A stretch of 64,000 nt of DNA from a virus. Taxonomy: Duplodnaviria > Caudoviricetes. A model generated the notes under the pieces. That model did no database searches, was not told the DNA's origin, and was given only the letters and a program-made list of their open reading frames with translations. A program made the translations under genes and the position numbers. Location of the stretch: IMG/VR virus record IMGVR_UViG_3300007622_000004, positions 1,462 to 65,461 of that record; one strand, 5' to 3'. Positions 45,497 through 55,133 of the stretch are shown here, in pieces (positions within the stretch are counted from its first letter, which is position 1; each line of letters starts with the position of its first letter).

Positions 45497-46065
45497 TTTT
45501 TACCTACCATTAAATGATACCACAAAGCAATACCAATTGAGTCAACTATATCATCATCATCTATTTTTTCAATTGGAAAATGTTTCAAAACTATTTTATT
45601 AACTCTATCTTTTCTTTCTTTTTTCTTTTTTGATTCAAAAGAACCTTTAGATTTGTCATTCTTTATTCTTTCTTTATCATTTTTAGAAATATTGACATAC
45701 CCAATTCCTCTTTTCCACAACATTGGATTGATGTCTATCACCTTCTCACAGTGCCTAGACAAAACACCCCAGGTATACCCGATGATGTAAGATATAATCC
45801 TGCTCGTCTGAAAATTCTGAATATAAACAGATTGCTCAATAATCGCAACAGATGGCTTGTGCTTTAAACAAACTTCAGTAAGTCCAGAAAATATTTGATC
45901 AAATTTAACAGATACGTCTTGAGTTTTTGTTAACGATATTTTCCCATAAGCGACTAATTCAGTTTTACTTATATCAACAATAGCCCACCCAAGAGAATGA
46001 GATGACGGATCTATTGCGATGATCCTGTTCGGGTTCTGCGATGAAGATATACTCTTGATACTCAT
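45493..46065 (-). CDS. ruvC: RuvC-like Holliday junction resolvase
   Basis: IIAIDPS, AIIEQ, DDIVDSIGIA catalytic pattern. Confidence 0.82.
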   Translation of the reverse strand: MSIKSISSSQNPNRIIAIDPSSHSLGWAIVDISKTELVAYGKISLTKTQDVSVKFDQIFSGLTEVCLKHKPSVAIIEQSVYIQNFQTSRIISYIIGYTWGVLSRHCEKVIDINPMLWKRGIGYVNISKNDKERIKNDKSKGSFESKKKKERKDRVNKIVLKHFPIEKIDDDDIVDSIGIALWYHLMVGKK

Positions 46066-46373
46066 GAGTTAAGCTCTTCATTTAGCTTGTCCTCATCCCA
46101 ACCCCACCCGGCTAATCTTTTAACAAATCTTTTTTGCTTACAAAGTTCGCAAATGTTTTCTTTGTTATAAGTAGAAAGTACTGTTGTACAAGTTTTTGTA
46201 GCACAAACTCTAGGTTTGTTTTTATTTTTCTTCTTATCATGGTAAGCTTTTAAAAGTTTATCATTAGTTACAATCCTTCTACATTCAGAAGAACAATATA
46301 TACTATTGTAAACTTTCGCAATAAAAGATTTAGAACATTTCTTGTTCTTGCAGACCCGCTTTTCCTTCGTCAT
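46062..46373 (-). CDS. Cys-rich zinc-binding protein
   Basis: CKNKKC..YCSSEC..CATKTC..CELC. Confidence 0.72.
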   Translation of the reverse strand: MTKEKRVCKNKKCSKSFIAKVYNSIYCSSECRRIVTNDKLLKAYHDKKKNKNKPRVCATKTCTTVLSTYNKENICELCKQKRFVKRLAGWGWDEDKLNEELNS

Positions 46374-47106
46374 TTTCACCAGACCAACAAAGAGAGCGCA
46401 CATTGCAAGATTGACAGTGTTTAGATGTTATCTTGTAAGGCCTCTCGGGGATAATTTGCTGAACATGACTTCCGTAAATTTCCCTATATTTCTTAAACAA
46501 CTTATCTATAAAAGCCTGATCTTTTTCTATATATATCGGCAACAATTCTTGATTGTTTTTATTTTCATAAATAACAAAACCACTATCAAGATTTAAACAT
46601 TCCATATATATCTGAGCTTGCCTATAGTGCTCATCTTTTGGTTTTTTATAAATTTGTCTATAGTGAAATCCTTCTGAACTAATAGATTTTAATTCAATCA
46701 GTTTTTCACCATACCAATTAATTATACCATCTGCAGTCCCCTCAATTGGGGGTGATGAGTATGTCACAGGAATTTCTTCATTAATCAAAATCCCCATTTC
46801 TCTAAAATAATTATAAAGTCTGTCGTGAACAGCATGACCGTTATCAAATATTCGGTAAGTTTGCGGTCTAAAGTCAACATCGGTATTTACACCGTTAAAC
46901 AAGTAGTACCAATACCGTTTGCACTGGTTTGTATAGCTGGGGTGAAACCCATTCACCTTCTTAAAGGCAACTTCGTTTCTCTTTGAGAGATGCTCGTCTA
47001 CAGCCTCAACTAAAGATATTTCAAGCTCACTACCGGAAATGACTGCTTCAACACTGTTTTCAACAACTTCTTCCTTCTTGACTCTCAACGCTTTTAATGA
47101 TTTCAT
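46330..47106 (-). CDS. Cas4-like PD-(D/E)xK exonuclease
   Basis: FHPSYTNQCKR, GHAVH, GTADG..ELKS, QAQIYM, C-terminal CxxCxxxxxC. Confidence 0.82.
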   Translation of the reverse strand: MKSLKALRVKKEEVVENSVEAVISGSELEISLVEAVDEHLSKRNEVAFKKVNGFHPSYTNQCKRYWYYLFNGVNTDVDFRPQTYRIFDNGHAVHDRLYNYFREMGILINEEIPVTYSSPPIEGTADGIINWYGEKLIELKSISSEGFHYRQIYKKPKDEHYRQAQIYMECLNLDSGFVIYENKNNQELLPIYIEKDQAFIDKLFKKYREIYGSHVQQIIPERPYKITSKHCQSCNVRSLCWSGENDEGKAGLQEQEMF

Positions 47107-47426
47107 TGGTTATAACCACCTTTTCCCGCAAGTTTTAATGCGTTTATATTTTCTCCTAGAGCTTCGTACATTGTTTTCCATATATCATTAACAAATTTAT
47201 CTTGCTCATTCATTACGGCAGATTTTCTTTTAAAAACTTGTGATTTAACAATCATAAGGGTTCGGTATGCTGCCAGAGTATTTGCTGACTTAATAGCTTG
47301 CATGCCCAGGTATTGATCTGGGTTTTCAATAATATCCTCTACAATGCGCAAGCATTCTAGAAATTCTCCTGCCTTATCCCCCATCATTGATGTAATTATT
47401 TCTTTACTTACAATAATATCAGCCAT
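47103..47426 (-). CDS. Hypothetical protein
   Basis: Coupled in recombination operon. Confidence 0.7.
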   Translation of the reverse strand: MADIIVSKEIITSMMGDKAGEFLECLRIVEDIIENPDQYLGMQAIKSANTLAAYRTLMIVKSQVFKRKSAVMNEQDKFVNDIWKTMYEALGENINALKLAGKGGYNQ

Positions 47427-47615
47427 TTACAAATCCTTTCTTAAATCTTCTGTTTTGACCATTGCTTGCTTGATATGCGGCTTATGAATTCCGACAAATA
47501 TCTTAAAAAGATATATCCCGACATAATGGCCATCATCCCAATTAAAACTTACCCCAAAAGCTCTCCAAGAAGACAGCTTATCACAAAAAAACTTATAATT
47601 CTGTAACTTACTCAT
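47427..47615 (-). CDS. Hypothetical protein
   Basis: 62 aa coupled ORF. Confidence 0.65.
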   Translation of the reverse strand: MSKLQNYKFFCDKLSSWRAFGVSFNWDDGHYVGIYLFKIFVGIHKPHIKQAMVKTEDLRKDL

Positions 47616-47907
47616 AGTCTGTTCCTTCTACTAATTCTCTAAAGACATCCCAATCTATGATAGCAACCTTAGACTCCGAATCCTCTCCTAATACAACAGA
47701 AATGCAAGGATATTTATAATTAGAAAGCCAAGCATCTTTTCTCATCTTCTTCCAATTTTTTAGATTTAAAGTAAAACTTTTCCCATTATGTTTATAATCA
47801 ACTAAAAACTTATTCAAAGAAGCATCACCTTTCTTAAGTCCACGACCAGAATTTTTGACAGCCTTGGCTTTATCTTTTTTTATCTCTTCCTTTTCTGTTC
47901 TTTTCAT
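47608..47907 (-). CDS. Small PD-(D/E)xK nuclease (Hjc-like resolvase)
   Basis: KNSGRGLKKGDA..LVDYKHNGKSFTL..W. Confidence 0.7.
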   Translation of the reverse strand: MKRTEKEEIKKDKAKAVKNSGRGLKKGDASLNKFLVDYKHNGKSFTLNLKNWKKMRKDAWLSNYKYPCISVVLGEDSESKVAIIDWDVFRELVEGTDYE

Positions 47908-48818
47908 CCCTTGATTGCTTTTTCCAGCTCTACAACTTCTTTATTGGAGAGTTCAATACTTGATAAACCATTCCATTTACTTTCTTTGTAGGTATACCAA
48001 GCACCTTTGCGCTGAATAATATCCATATCAATAGCAATATCAATCAACTCTCTCTTTGTATCAATCTGACCCATCTGAGGAAGAACATAGTAATAGCCTG
48101 TGCTGCCGATAGTAGGACATTGTTTTGTCTTTTCAACTGTCCAAGTTGCCTTCTGACTTGTGATCATATTATTATCTTCTCGTTCCATTTCACTTTTAGA
48201 CATAGACAAGAATAATTTGACAATGTTAGACATGTTGTGGTGAACAGTATTGCCCATTTTGGCTTTAGTAATAGCATACATCCCGCTAAGATCAACAGTT
48301 TGGTGAGCGACAAACAACATGATGTTTCGTTCTTTATGAAGATAGTTTACTAACTTCTGCAAAAAATAGCCTTGTGACCTAGCCGACAAACCCATTGCTT
48401 TACCGCTTTCCGGTTTGTCATAAAATTCTTCCTTAACAATATTAGACAACGAATCAAACAAGAAAATATGTTTTTCTTTATCATCACTTAGATACCCAAT
48501 AATATTTTTCATAATGTCCTCAACAACAGTTGATTGAACAATTACAACATCATCAATGTTTATTCCGCATTTCTTTGCGTACTCATCATTGTAAGATGAT
48601 TCAGAATCCACAATTACTGGCCGGTACCCCATCCTTTGAGCCTCAGCAATAATTCTAAAACACATTGTTGTTTTACCAACAGACGGAGTGCCCCAGAATA
48701 AATGAGTTGCCCCAGAATTCAAACCACCATTCAAGGCTCTGTTCAAGCCAACACTTGGGGTCGGAATAACTTCGTGAATAGGCATTGTATCGCCTTTTCG
48801 TTTATCTACTATTAACAC
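47904..48818 (-). CDS. recA: RecA-like recombinase
   Basis: LNRALNGG, Walker A GTPSVGKTT, VDSE, FDSL. Confidence 0.88.
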   Translation of the reverse strand: MLIVDKRKGDTMPIHEVIPTPSVGLNRALNGGLNSGATHLFWGTPSVGKTTMCFRIIAEAQRMGYRPVIVDSESSYNDEYAKKCGINIDDVVIVQSTVVEDIMKNIIGYLSDDKEKHIFLFDSLSNIVKEEFYDKPESGKAMGLSARSQGYFLQKLVNYLHKERNIMLFVAHQTVDLSGMYAITKAKMGNTVHHNMSNIVKLFLSMSKSEMEREDNNMITSQKATWTVEKTKQCPTIGSTGYYYVLPQMGQIDTKRELIDIAIDMDIIQRKGAWYTYKESKWNGLSSIELSNKEVVELEKAIKG

Positions 48819-48827
48819 ATTCCTCCT

Positions 48828-49325
48828 TTATTGAAACGTTCTGTTTAGTATTCTTGATTTAATAATTGTTGTTGAGATATCTTCTGTATAAGGGATAAAC
48901 ATCACCCCGATATTACGCTCGTCAAGCCATTCTTGGGTGAATCCCATTTGTTTATAATAATCTTTACTTTGCCAGTCAGAACCAACAATTACAAGATTAG
49001 CTTTCGCCTCTATGATAGCAGGCTTAGAGTCAGCACCGCCCGAATTTACAATTACTTTGTCCACCCATTTGCAAGAAGAAACAACTTCCATTCTTTCAGC
49101 TAGGCTGCAAATTGGAGTCTCTTTGTATTGAGAGCAAAACTCATCTGTGTTAACAGAAACGACTAAATATCCATTGTTGCCAACTGCCTTTTTGCACCTC
49201 TCCAGCAATCTTGAATGACCAGAATGAAATAAATCAAATGTACCACCCGTATATACAATCATCTTACCTCCAGTGAAATGACCAGAATGAAACAAATCAA
49301 ATGTACCGCCTGTGGAAGTAATCAT
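48828..49325 (-). CDS. Cytidylyltransferase (TagD-like), with duplicated N-terminal motif; alternative start 49262
   Basis: GGTFDLFHSGH (HxGH) twice; VSVNTD..ERMEVVSSCKWVD..IVGSDW..ISTT. Confidence 0.85.
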   Translation of the reverse strand: MITSTGGTFDLFHSGHFTGGKMIVYTGGTFDLFHSGHSRLLERCKKAVGNNGYLVVSVNTDEFCSQYKETPICSLAERMEVVSSCKWVDKVIVNSGGADSKPAIIEAKANLVIVGSDWQSKDYYKQMGFTQEWLDERNIGVMFIPYTEDISTTIIKSRILNRTFQ

Positions 49326-50044
49326 TTTGCATCCAACGAGGCGCTGACAAAATTCCATTTGTTAGCATTATAAAAAGTAAATCTCTCAACACCGTTAGCA
49401 TCAGCTAATGCATCTGAGTATTCAAACATAACCCGATCAAAATCCTTAAATTCAAACAGATTAGTGTCATTCACTAAAACTGTTGGAGAACTAGGAATAC
49501 TAACTGTCTTGCAATTGAGGCCAGCCCAAGCCAAAACATTTCTAGAATCCAAGTGCTTTACTCCTGTTCTAAAGTCCATAACATCCCTTCTCCACACATT
49601 CATACTTGCCAATGTCGCAGCAATTAAAAATGATTTATCATTAAGTGTAGTTATCAACCCAGACATTGTACCAGAAAACCCAGGTGTTACTTCACCAGAA
49701 TATGGTGCAAATTGCATTATGCGATCTGTGCCATCAAGCATTGATAAAATAGTATTTATAGCCCCTGGTAGAATAATGTCATCATCACCTACAACCCATA
49801 CATATTCTCCATCACCAGCTGTAATTCCATATAAACAATTTCCATCACAGCCAATATTTTGTTTTCTAATTGAATACTCAGACACATAATCTTTATATTT
49901 ATAAACTATATCCCGCGCAAATCCGTCTTGGTCATTGTCAGAAACGATAATCTCAACACGGTCATTATGTTGTGATGCAATACTGCTTAAGCAAGCATCA
50001 AGTGATTCTCTTCTGTATGTCGGAATGTATACAGTTAACTTCAT
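49322..50044 (-). CDS. Glycosyltransferase family 2
   Basis: VYIPTYRR..IIVSDN..NIGCDGN..WVVGDDD. Confidence 0.85.
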   Translation of the reverse strand: MKLTVYIPTYRRESLDACLSSIASQHNDRVEIIVSDNDQDGFARDIVYKYKDYVSEYSIRKQNIGCDGNCLYGITAGDGEYVWVVGDDDIILPGAINTILSMLDGTDRIMQFAPYSGEVTPGFSGTMSGLITTLNDKSFLIAATLASMNVWRRDVMDFRTGVKHLDSRNVLAWAGLNCKTVSIPSSPTVLVNDTNLFEFKDFDRVMFEYSDALADANGVERFTFYNANKWNFVSASLDAK

Positions 50045-51108
50045 TTTGTTTGATCCAAAATTAATTTAATTCTATCTATATATTTTTTGGAAACATATTC
50101 CCAAGTCATATTTTGATTAATAAACTCGGCACTCTTATATGTTTTATCAGAAATTTCCTGATAATTATTTACTACATACAACATCTTGTCGCATAGGTCA
50201 TCAAAATTTGGTTCAGCCCACTCCCCAGCGTTAGAATACAGTCCAGACATATTTTTATTTCCCCAAACAAAATCTAAAGGAACAGACATCTCTGCAAATT
50301 CTGTGCAGGCCAAAACATTTGTGCAAATTGTTGGAATACCTTTGGCTATTGCCTGGAATGGTATCAACCCCCAGCCCTCACCACTTGTCGGATACAATAA
50401 GCAATCAGCTTTATCGTAAATAGCAGCAAGTTCTTCATGAGATACTTGATAATCAATTACTTCAATTTGAGGATGATAATTGATACTGCTTTGATTACTG
50501 GTTCCTTTATGTAAGCGTGCATCACCTGGCCCATTGGATTTGTAAATTAATTTGTAATCGTGGTTGCCTTCAAATAATTTTAGAAAAGCATCTACCGACA
50601 TTTGAGAATTTTTACGAGTTGATGGAGAACCTATTGATATAAATGTAAATTTATTGTGAGGAGTTCTTTTTTTAGGAAAATAAATCTTTGGGTCAACGCC
50701 TAATTTAAATTCGTGTACTGGTTTAATCACACCAGAATTTATAAAAACATCCTTCATGGCTACGGAACATGTCCAAATTTCATCCATCTCATTACATTGC
50801 TCAACCCAATCAATTGGGAGTTTGTTTGTTTCCCAAAAAGTAAAACCAACCGAATATGTGTTAGATTTGACAAAGGCTTCTGGCGTTGAAATGTTAATAA
50901 CAATATCACCCGCTGAATTTACTTTTTTAAAATAACCAAATCCGGGGATAGACTTTTGCAACATACCAATCTCACTCGGTGGAACCATCTTGTCAAAAAA
51001 AATAGGTAAACCGCTTGACCCAATATGTTCCCAAAGGCAATCAATAGAGTACCCATATCCTTCATGGATGCTCTGAGATTGATTAGCGCTAAAACTAATA
51101 TTATACAA
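50041..51108 (-). CDS. Glycosyltransferase family 4
   Basis: TFWETNKLP, TRKN, YPTSGEGWGLIPFQAIAKGIP. Confidence 0.86.
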   Translation of the reverse strand: MYNISFSANQSQSIHEGYGYSIDCLWEHIGSSGLPIFFDKMVPPSEIGMLQKSIPGFGYFKKVNSAGDIVINISTPEAFVKSNTYSVGFTFWETNKLPIDWVEQCNEMDEIWTCSVAMKDVFINSGVIKPVHEFKLGVDPKIYFPKKRTPHNKFTFISIGSPSTRKNSQMSVDAFLKLFEGNHDYKLIYKSNGPGDARLHKGTSNQSSINYHPQIEVIDYQVSHEELAAIYDKADCLLYPTSGEGWGLIPFQAIAKGIPTICTNVLACTEFAEMSVPLDFVWGNKNMSGLYSNAGEWAEPNFDDLCDKMLYVVNNYQEISDKTYKSAEFINQNMTWEYVSKKYIDRIKLILDQTK

Positions 51109-54100
51109 ATTGTTCTCTTTTTAAATTCTTTTTTTCAATATATTCTTCCACACTAATAATTTTATCAGAATATTCAAGCTTATATGAATCTAATCGCGTT
51201 AAAGAATTTTTATCTTCAATACGAGACAGGCGAACAGCATACCAACTATTTTCTTTCAACCTGCTCTTTACACCTTTAAGCACATTGGCAAAAATTACTA
51301 TCTTAAAGAATTGCCTACCATCCCAACAATAAACACTTGCCATTTCTTTACCTTTAGATGTTGTAAATATTCTGATATTAAAAATGTACATCAAAGTTTT
51401 TGGGTCTGTAACAAATCCGATGTCATGCTTGTAGAGCCAAGAGTATTCGTGGTCTTCACCTTTTTTCTTTAGCATCATGATATTCCAAAGTTTAGAATTC
51501 TCTGCTTCATAGACATCGCAGTAAGCATGCAAGGTTCTATCACCAATCAAAATGTAAAGGTAGTCTCTTTGAGCGACTTCTGTATTTCTTTCACCAAACA
51601 CAGTGCACGAGCCAGAGTGGTCTTCAAATTCTATTCTAAGATAATTATTGGCTTTCTTCGTTGACCTGACAACTGCTTTAATTAAAGTTAGACCCGAATT
51701 GATTTCGTGGAAATCAGAAGCGTTCTCAACAAATTCATCTATCTCAGTTATATGTTCATTAGCTTTAATTGGGAACCCAAGAATTGGTAAAAAATATTTT
51801 GCATGATCGTATTGAGATATGTGCCCAAGAGAAACAAAAGCCCCAACTTTGTCAAGGTTCTCTCTCAACGGTGCTTTAACAGCAGATTTACTGCACTTGT
51901 TGTTGAACTCTTCAAAAGAATTAAATGGTCTTTTGTTAAATATCTCCTTGATAGCAGCAGTACCGCAAGTTGCGATATTCGTTAACCCAAACCTAATACC
52001 CAAAGGCTCATCAGGTGTAGAAATAGAAAAGAACTCATCTGATTTGTTGATATCAGGAGGATAGATAGTTAACCCAAGTCTTTGAGCTTCCATAAGGTAT
52101 GCAGTAATTTTGTCGTTAGCGGATTCGTTAAACAACAACGCCAACAAAAACTCCAACGGATAGTTAACTTTCAACCACATTGTTTGATACGACATCATAG
52201 AGTAAGCAACAGCGTGAGATTTGTTAAACATATACAAAGCCGACATTTCAAACTCGGACCAAATCTTTTCCGACTGAGCAGTAGTCAAATACTTGTTGTT
52301 AACAAACTTGCTCTTATATTTATCAAAGCCGGCAGCATCCCTCTTCTTACCAATAATCTTCCTCAAAGAGTCAGCTTCCGACCAAGTAAAATCAGCCAAC
52401 AACACAGCCATCTGCATCAACTGTTCCTGAAAAATAACAGTACCGAAAGTCTCCTCCAAAATAGGTTTAACAATCTCATTAGGATAACGAGGCTTAGCTG
52501 TACCCTTCTTACAATCAATATACCTTTGACCCTGCGACAACAAAGCACCAGGCCGAACCAAAGCATTAGAAACAACCAAATCATTAAAATTGTTGATACC
52601 CATACGCTCAATCAAATTCCGATAAGCAGCAGCATCAGTCTGAAACACCCCGACAGTATTACCGTTATTGAAATTCTCAAACACCTTAGGATCATCAAGA
52701 CCCAACGAAGCCTGCTTCACATTAAGTCCATAACGCTTCTGAATGCTCGCTAAGCAATCTTTAATCACAGAAACAGTCTTTAGACCCAAAATGTCAATTT
52801 TAATAAGCCCGACAGCCTCAGCGTCAACCATATCAAAAGCAGAAACCATCGTTCGCTCAGAACCTTGAGAATCTTTTCGGGATTCAACAGGGCAAACCTC
52901 ATTAAGTGGCAACGCCGAAACAACCATACCAGCAGCATGAACCCCAGCATTACGAATACGATCTTGCAAACGCTCAGCAATATTAGTAATCTCAGGATAC
53001 TTCCTCGTAAAAATCTTACCCTTATCAGTCTTCTTCAACTCATCAATAGTCTCAAAATACGGAGTAATCGCATTAATTTCCGCAAAAGGAACTTGCAACA
53101 CACGAGCAACATCCTTAACAGCAGACTTCGGCTTAAACTCACCATAAATAGAAATCGCCGCAACCTTATCCTCACCCCAACGCTTCGCCAAATACTCACG
53201 AACCTCCTCACGGCGCTTATCCTCAAAATCCAAATCAATATCCGGATAATCATTGCGCTCAGGATTTATAAAACGCGCAAACAAAAGATTATACTTAATC
53301 GGATCAACATCCGTAATCTCCAACAAAAACGCCAACAAACTACCACCAACAGAACCACGACCAGTACCCCGACCAATACCATTATTATCAGCCCACTTAA
53401 CCAAATCCCAAACAACCAAAAAATAATCGGCAAAACCAAGCTGCTTAATAACACCAAGCTCCTCAGCCAAACGCACACCATACTCAGGGCCCAACCCCAA
53501 ACCATCCAACTTAAACCGACAAAGCTCACCCAAATACTCATCAGAATCCAAATTTTTAAGATACTTTGGAAGCAAATTCTTATGCTTGTGTATACGAGCG
53601 GTACACTTCTCCGCAACTTCCAAAGTATTCTCTAAAATATCAATTCTATCATACCCAGCATCGCAAAACCACGAAGCCACCTCATCAACATGAGCCACAT
53701 ACGGATTAATCTCATCAAACCTAAGATACCTATTAGGATACATATTATTGACTTTCGCCACCAAGTCCAAAGACATATCATTAGCAATATGAGCATGGTC
53801 TTTCGCATACCTCTGATCGGCTGGAGACAACCCCGTATATTGGGATATCATCAACAAAATCTCTTCACATCCTTTATCCTTATGTGAAGGGAAATGACAG
53901 TCTGCTGTTCCAACAACCTTCCTCCCAAAAGTTTTAGCCAAATCAAAAATTCCGTCATTAAGTTCTTTAGGGTTCCAAGCCTGAACTTCGTAGTAGAAAT
54001 CATCTTTAAATATTTTGATAAATCTTTCCGACAGCTCTTCTGCTCTTGCTGTATTACCAGACATGATTGCTTTAGAAATAGCGCTTGCCATACAGCCAGA

Positions 54101-54502
54101 TAGGGCAACAACATCGTTATCTACCAAATCTTCCAGAAGGTCAAAGTCCATTCTTGGCTTATAATAAAAATTCTTATTCCAGGCAATCTCATTTATCTTA
54201 AATAACTTCTTTAAACCTTCATCATTCTTAGCCAGCAAAATCAAATGAAATCTTTCCGATTTATCCTCTACATCGGTACTGACAGACGGGACAAAATATG
54301 ACTCAATGCCAAACAAAGGTTTAACTTGGTGTTTAATGCAAGCATTTTGGAATTTGAGTACGCCTCCCATAGTTCCGTGATCGGTAATGGCGGCAGCAAT
54401 TTGCCCGTTCGTGCTGGTAATTTTGGCTATCTCATCGGGTGTTGACATTCCGTCAAGCAATGAGTATTCAGAATGACAATGTAAATGTACAAAATCGGTC
54501 AC
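51101..54502 (-). CDS. dnaE: DNA polymerase III alpha subunit (family C)
   Basis: PHP HLHCHSEYSLLDG, GRGSVGGS, PDIDLDF, KIDILGL, FNKSH motifs. Confidence 0.96.
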   Translation of the reverse strand: MTDFVHLHCHSEYSLLDGMSTPDEIAKITSTNGQIAAAITDHGTMGGVLKFQNACIKHQVKPLFGIESYFVPSVSTDVEDKSERFHLILLAKNDEGLKKLFKINEIAWNKNFYYKPRMDFDLLEDLVDNDVVALSGCMASAISKAIMSGNTARAEELSERFIKIFKDDFYYEVQAWNPKELNDGIFDLAKTFGRKVVGTADCHFPSHKDKGCEEILLMISQYTGLSPADQRYAKDHAHIANDMSLDLVAKVNNMYPNRYLRFDEINPYVAHVDEVASWFCDAGYDRIDILENTLEVAEKCTARIHKHKNLLPKYLKNLDSDEYLGELCRFKLDGLGLGPEYGVRLAEELGVIKQLGFADYFLVVWDLVKWADNNGIGRGTGRGSVGGSLLAFLLEITDVDPIKYNLLFARFINPERNDYPDIDLDFEDKRREEVREYLAKRWGEDKVAAISIYGEFKPKSAVKDVARVLQVPFAEINAITPYFETIDELKKTDKGKIFTRKYPEITNIAERLQDRIRNAGVHAAGMVVSALPLNEVCPVESRKDSQGSERTMVSAFDMVDAEAVGLIKIDILGLKTVSVIKDCLASIQKRYGLNVKQASLGLDDPKVFENFNNGNTVGVFQTDAAAYRNLIERMGINNFNDLVVSNALVRPGALLSQGQRYIDCKKGTAKPRYPNEIVKPILEETFGTVIFQEQLMQMAVLLADFTWSEADSLRKIIGKKRDAAGFDKYKSKFVNNKYLTTAQSEKIWSEFEMSALYMFNKSHAVAYSMMSYQTMWLKVNYPLEFLLALLFNESANDKITAYLMEAQRLGLTIYPPDINKSDEFFSISTPDEPLGIRFGLTNIATCGTAAIKEIFNKRPFNSFEEFNNKCSKSAVKAPLRENLDKVGAFVSLGHISQYDHAKYFLPILGFPIKANEHITEIDEFVENASDFHEINSGLTLIKAVVRSTKKANNYLRIEFEDHSGSCTVFGERNTEVAQRDYLYILIGDRTLHAYCDVYEAENSKLWNIMMLKKKGEDHEYSWLYKHDIGFVTDPKTLMYIFNIRIFTTSKGKEMASVYCWDGRQFFKIVIFANVLKGVKSRLKENSWYAVRLSRIEDKNSLTRLDSYKLEYSDKIISVEEYIEKKNLKREQFV

Positions 54503-54505
54503 TTC

Positions 54506-55030
54506 TTAATCCAATCTAATGTCGTATAGTGAATCAATACTATCAAATGTTTCCCAATACTTTTTATTATACCACGCCTTTTTAAGATAACACTTAACAC
54601 CGGATTTTTGCAAAACTTTTATTTCGTTAAAATTGTCTTCAACCACAAACGCTGGATTGATCTCTTTAATGATGTCAATCTTTTTTCCAAAATCAGAAAA
54701 ATAAACTTTATTGTGCCCAATGTTCCATTCATCAAGCCATTTTTGAGTTGAAGCAACCGAAGCTTGTTGCTTTCTAGCAGTGACAATATAAATGTCAACA
54801 TTGTTACTAAACCATTCATTACATTTATGCCAAGAATCTTCTAATGGTTTAATGTTTTTCCAAAAAATTGGATTAGAAAATAATTTCAAAGCTTCTTCAT
54901 CTTTAGTATTAGTAGTAAGCCATTTAGAATAATCAACATTGACACCGCAATCATAATGCAGATAGTCAGATATTGCTGTATCAATGTCAGCAATAACTCC
55001 ATCTAAATCTAATACAATGCTTTTTTTCAT
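54506..55030 (-). CDS. HAD-family 5'(3')-deoxyribonucleotidase-like protein
   Basis: VLDLDGVIAD, IVTAR, VVEDN. Confidence 0.78.
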   Translation of the reverse strand: MKKSIVLDLDGVIADIDTAISDYLHYDCGVNVDYSKWLTTNTKDEEALKLFSNPIFWKNIKPLEDSWHKCNEWFSNNVDIYIVTARKQQASVASTQKWLDEWNIGHNKVYFSDFGKKIDIIKEINPAFVVEDNFNEIKVLQKSGVKCYLKKAWYNKKYWETFDSIDSLYDIRLD

Positions 55031-55032
55031 AG

Positions 55033-55105
55033 TGGGTTATGTTGGAATTGAACCAACAACCAAGGCGTTATGAGCACCCTGCTCTAACCATTGAGCTAAT
55101 AACCC
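55033..55105 (-). tRNA. tRNA with CAT anticodon (Ile2 or elongator Met), no encoded CCA
   Basis: GGGTTAT/ATAACCC acceptor, TAGCTCAATGGTTAGAGC D arm, CT-CAT-AA loop, GGTTCAATTCC T arm. Confidence 0.9.
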
Positions 55106-55133
55106 GAACCAAGGGACGAATCCCTAGATTATT

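Noticed and set aside
46330-47106. Cas4-like gene as evidence of a CRISPR-Cas system
   Set aside because: No cas1/cas2 or array nearby; stand-alone Cas4-like nucleases are routine in phage recombination operons.
52082-53635. Plus-strand ORFs of 223 and 256 aa antisense to dnaE
   Set aside because: Exactly in register with dnaE codons and explained by the lack of TTA/TCA/CTA codons; composition (I/N/T/Q/K-rich) is that of a shadow ORF.
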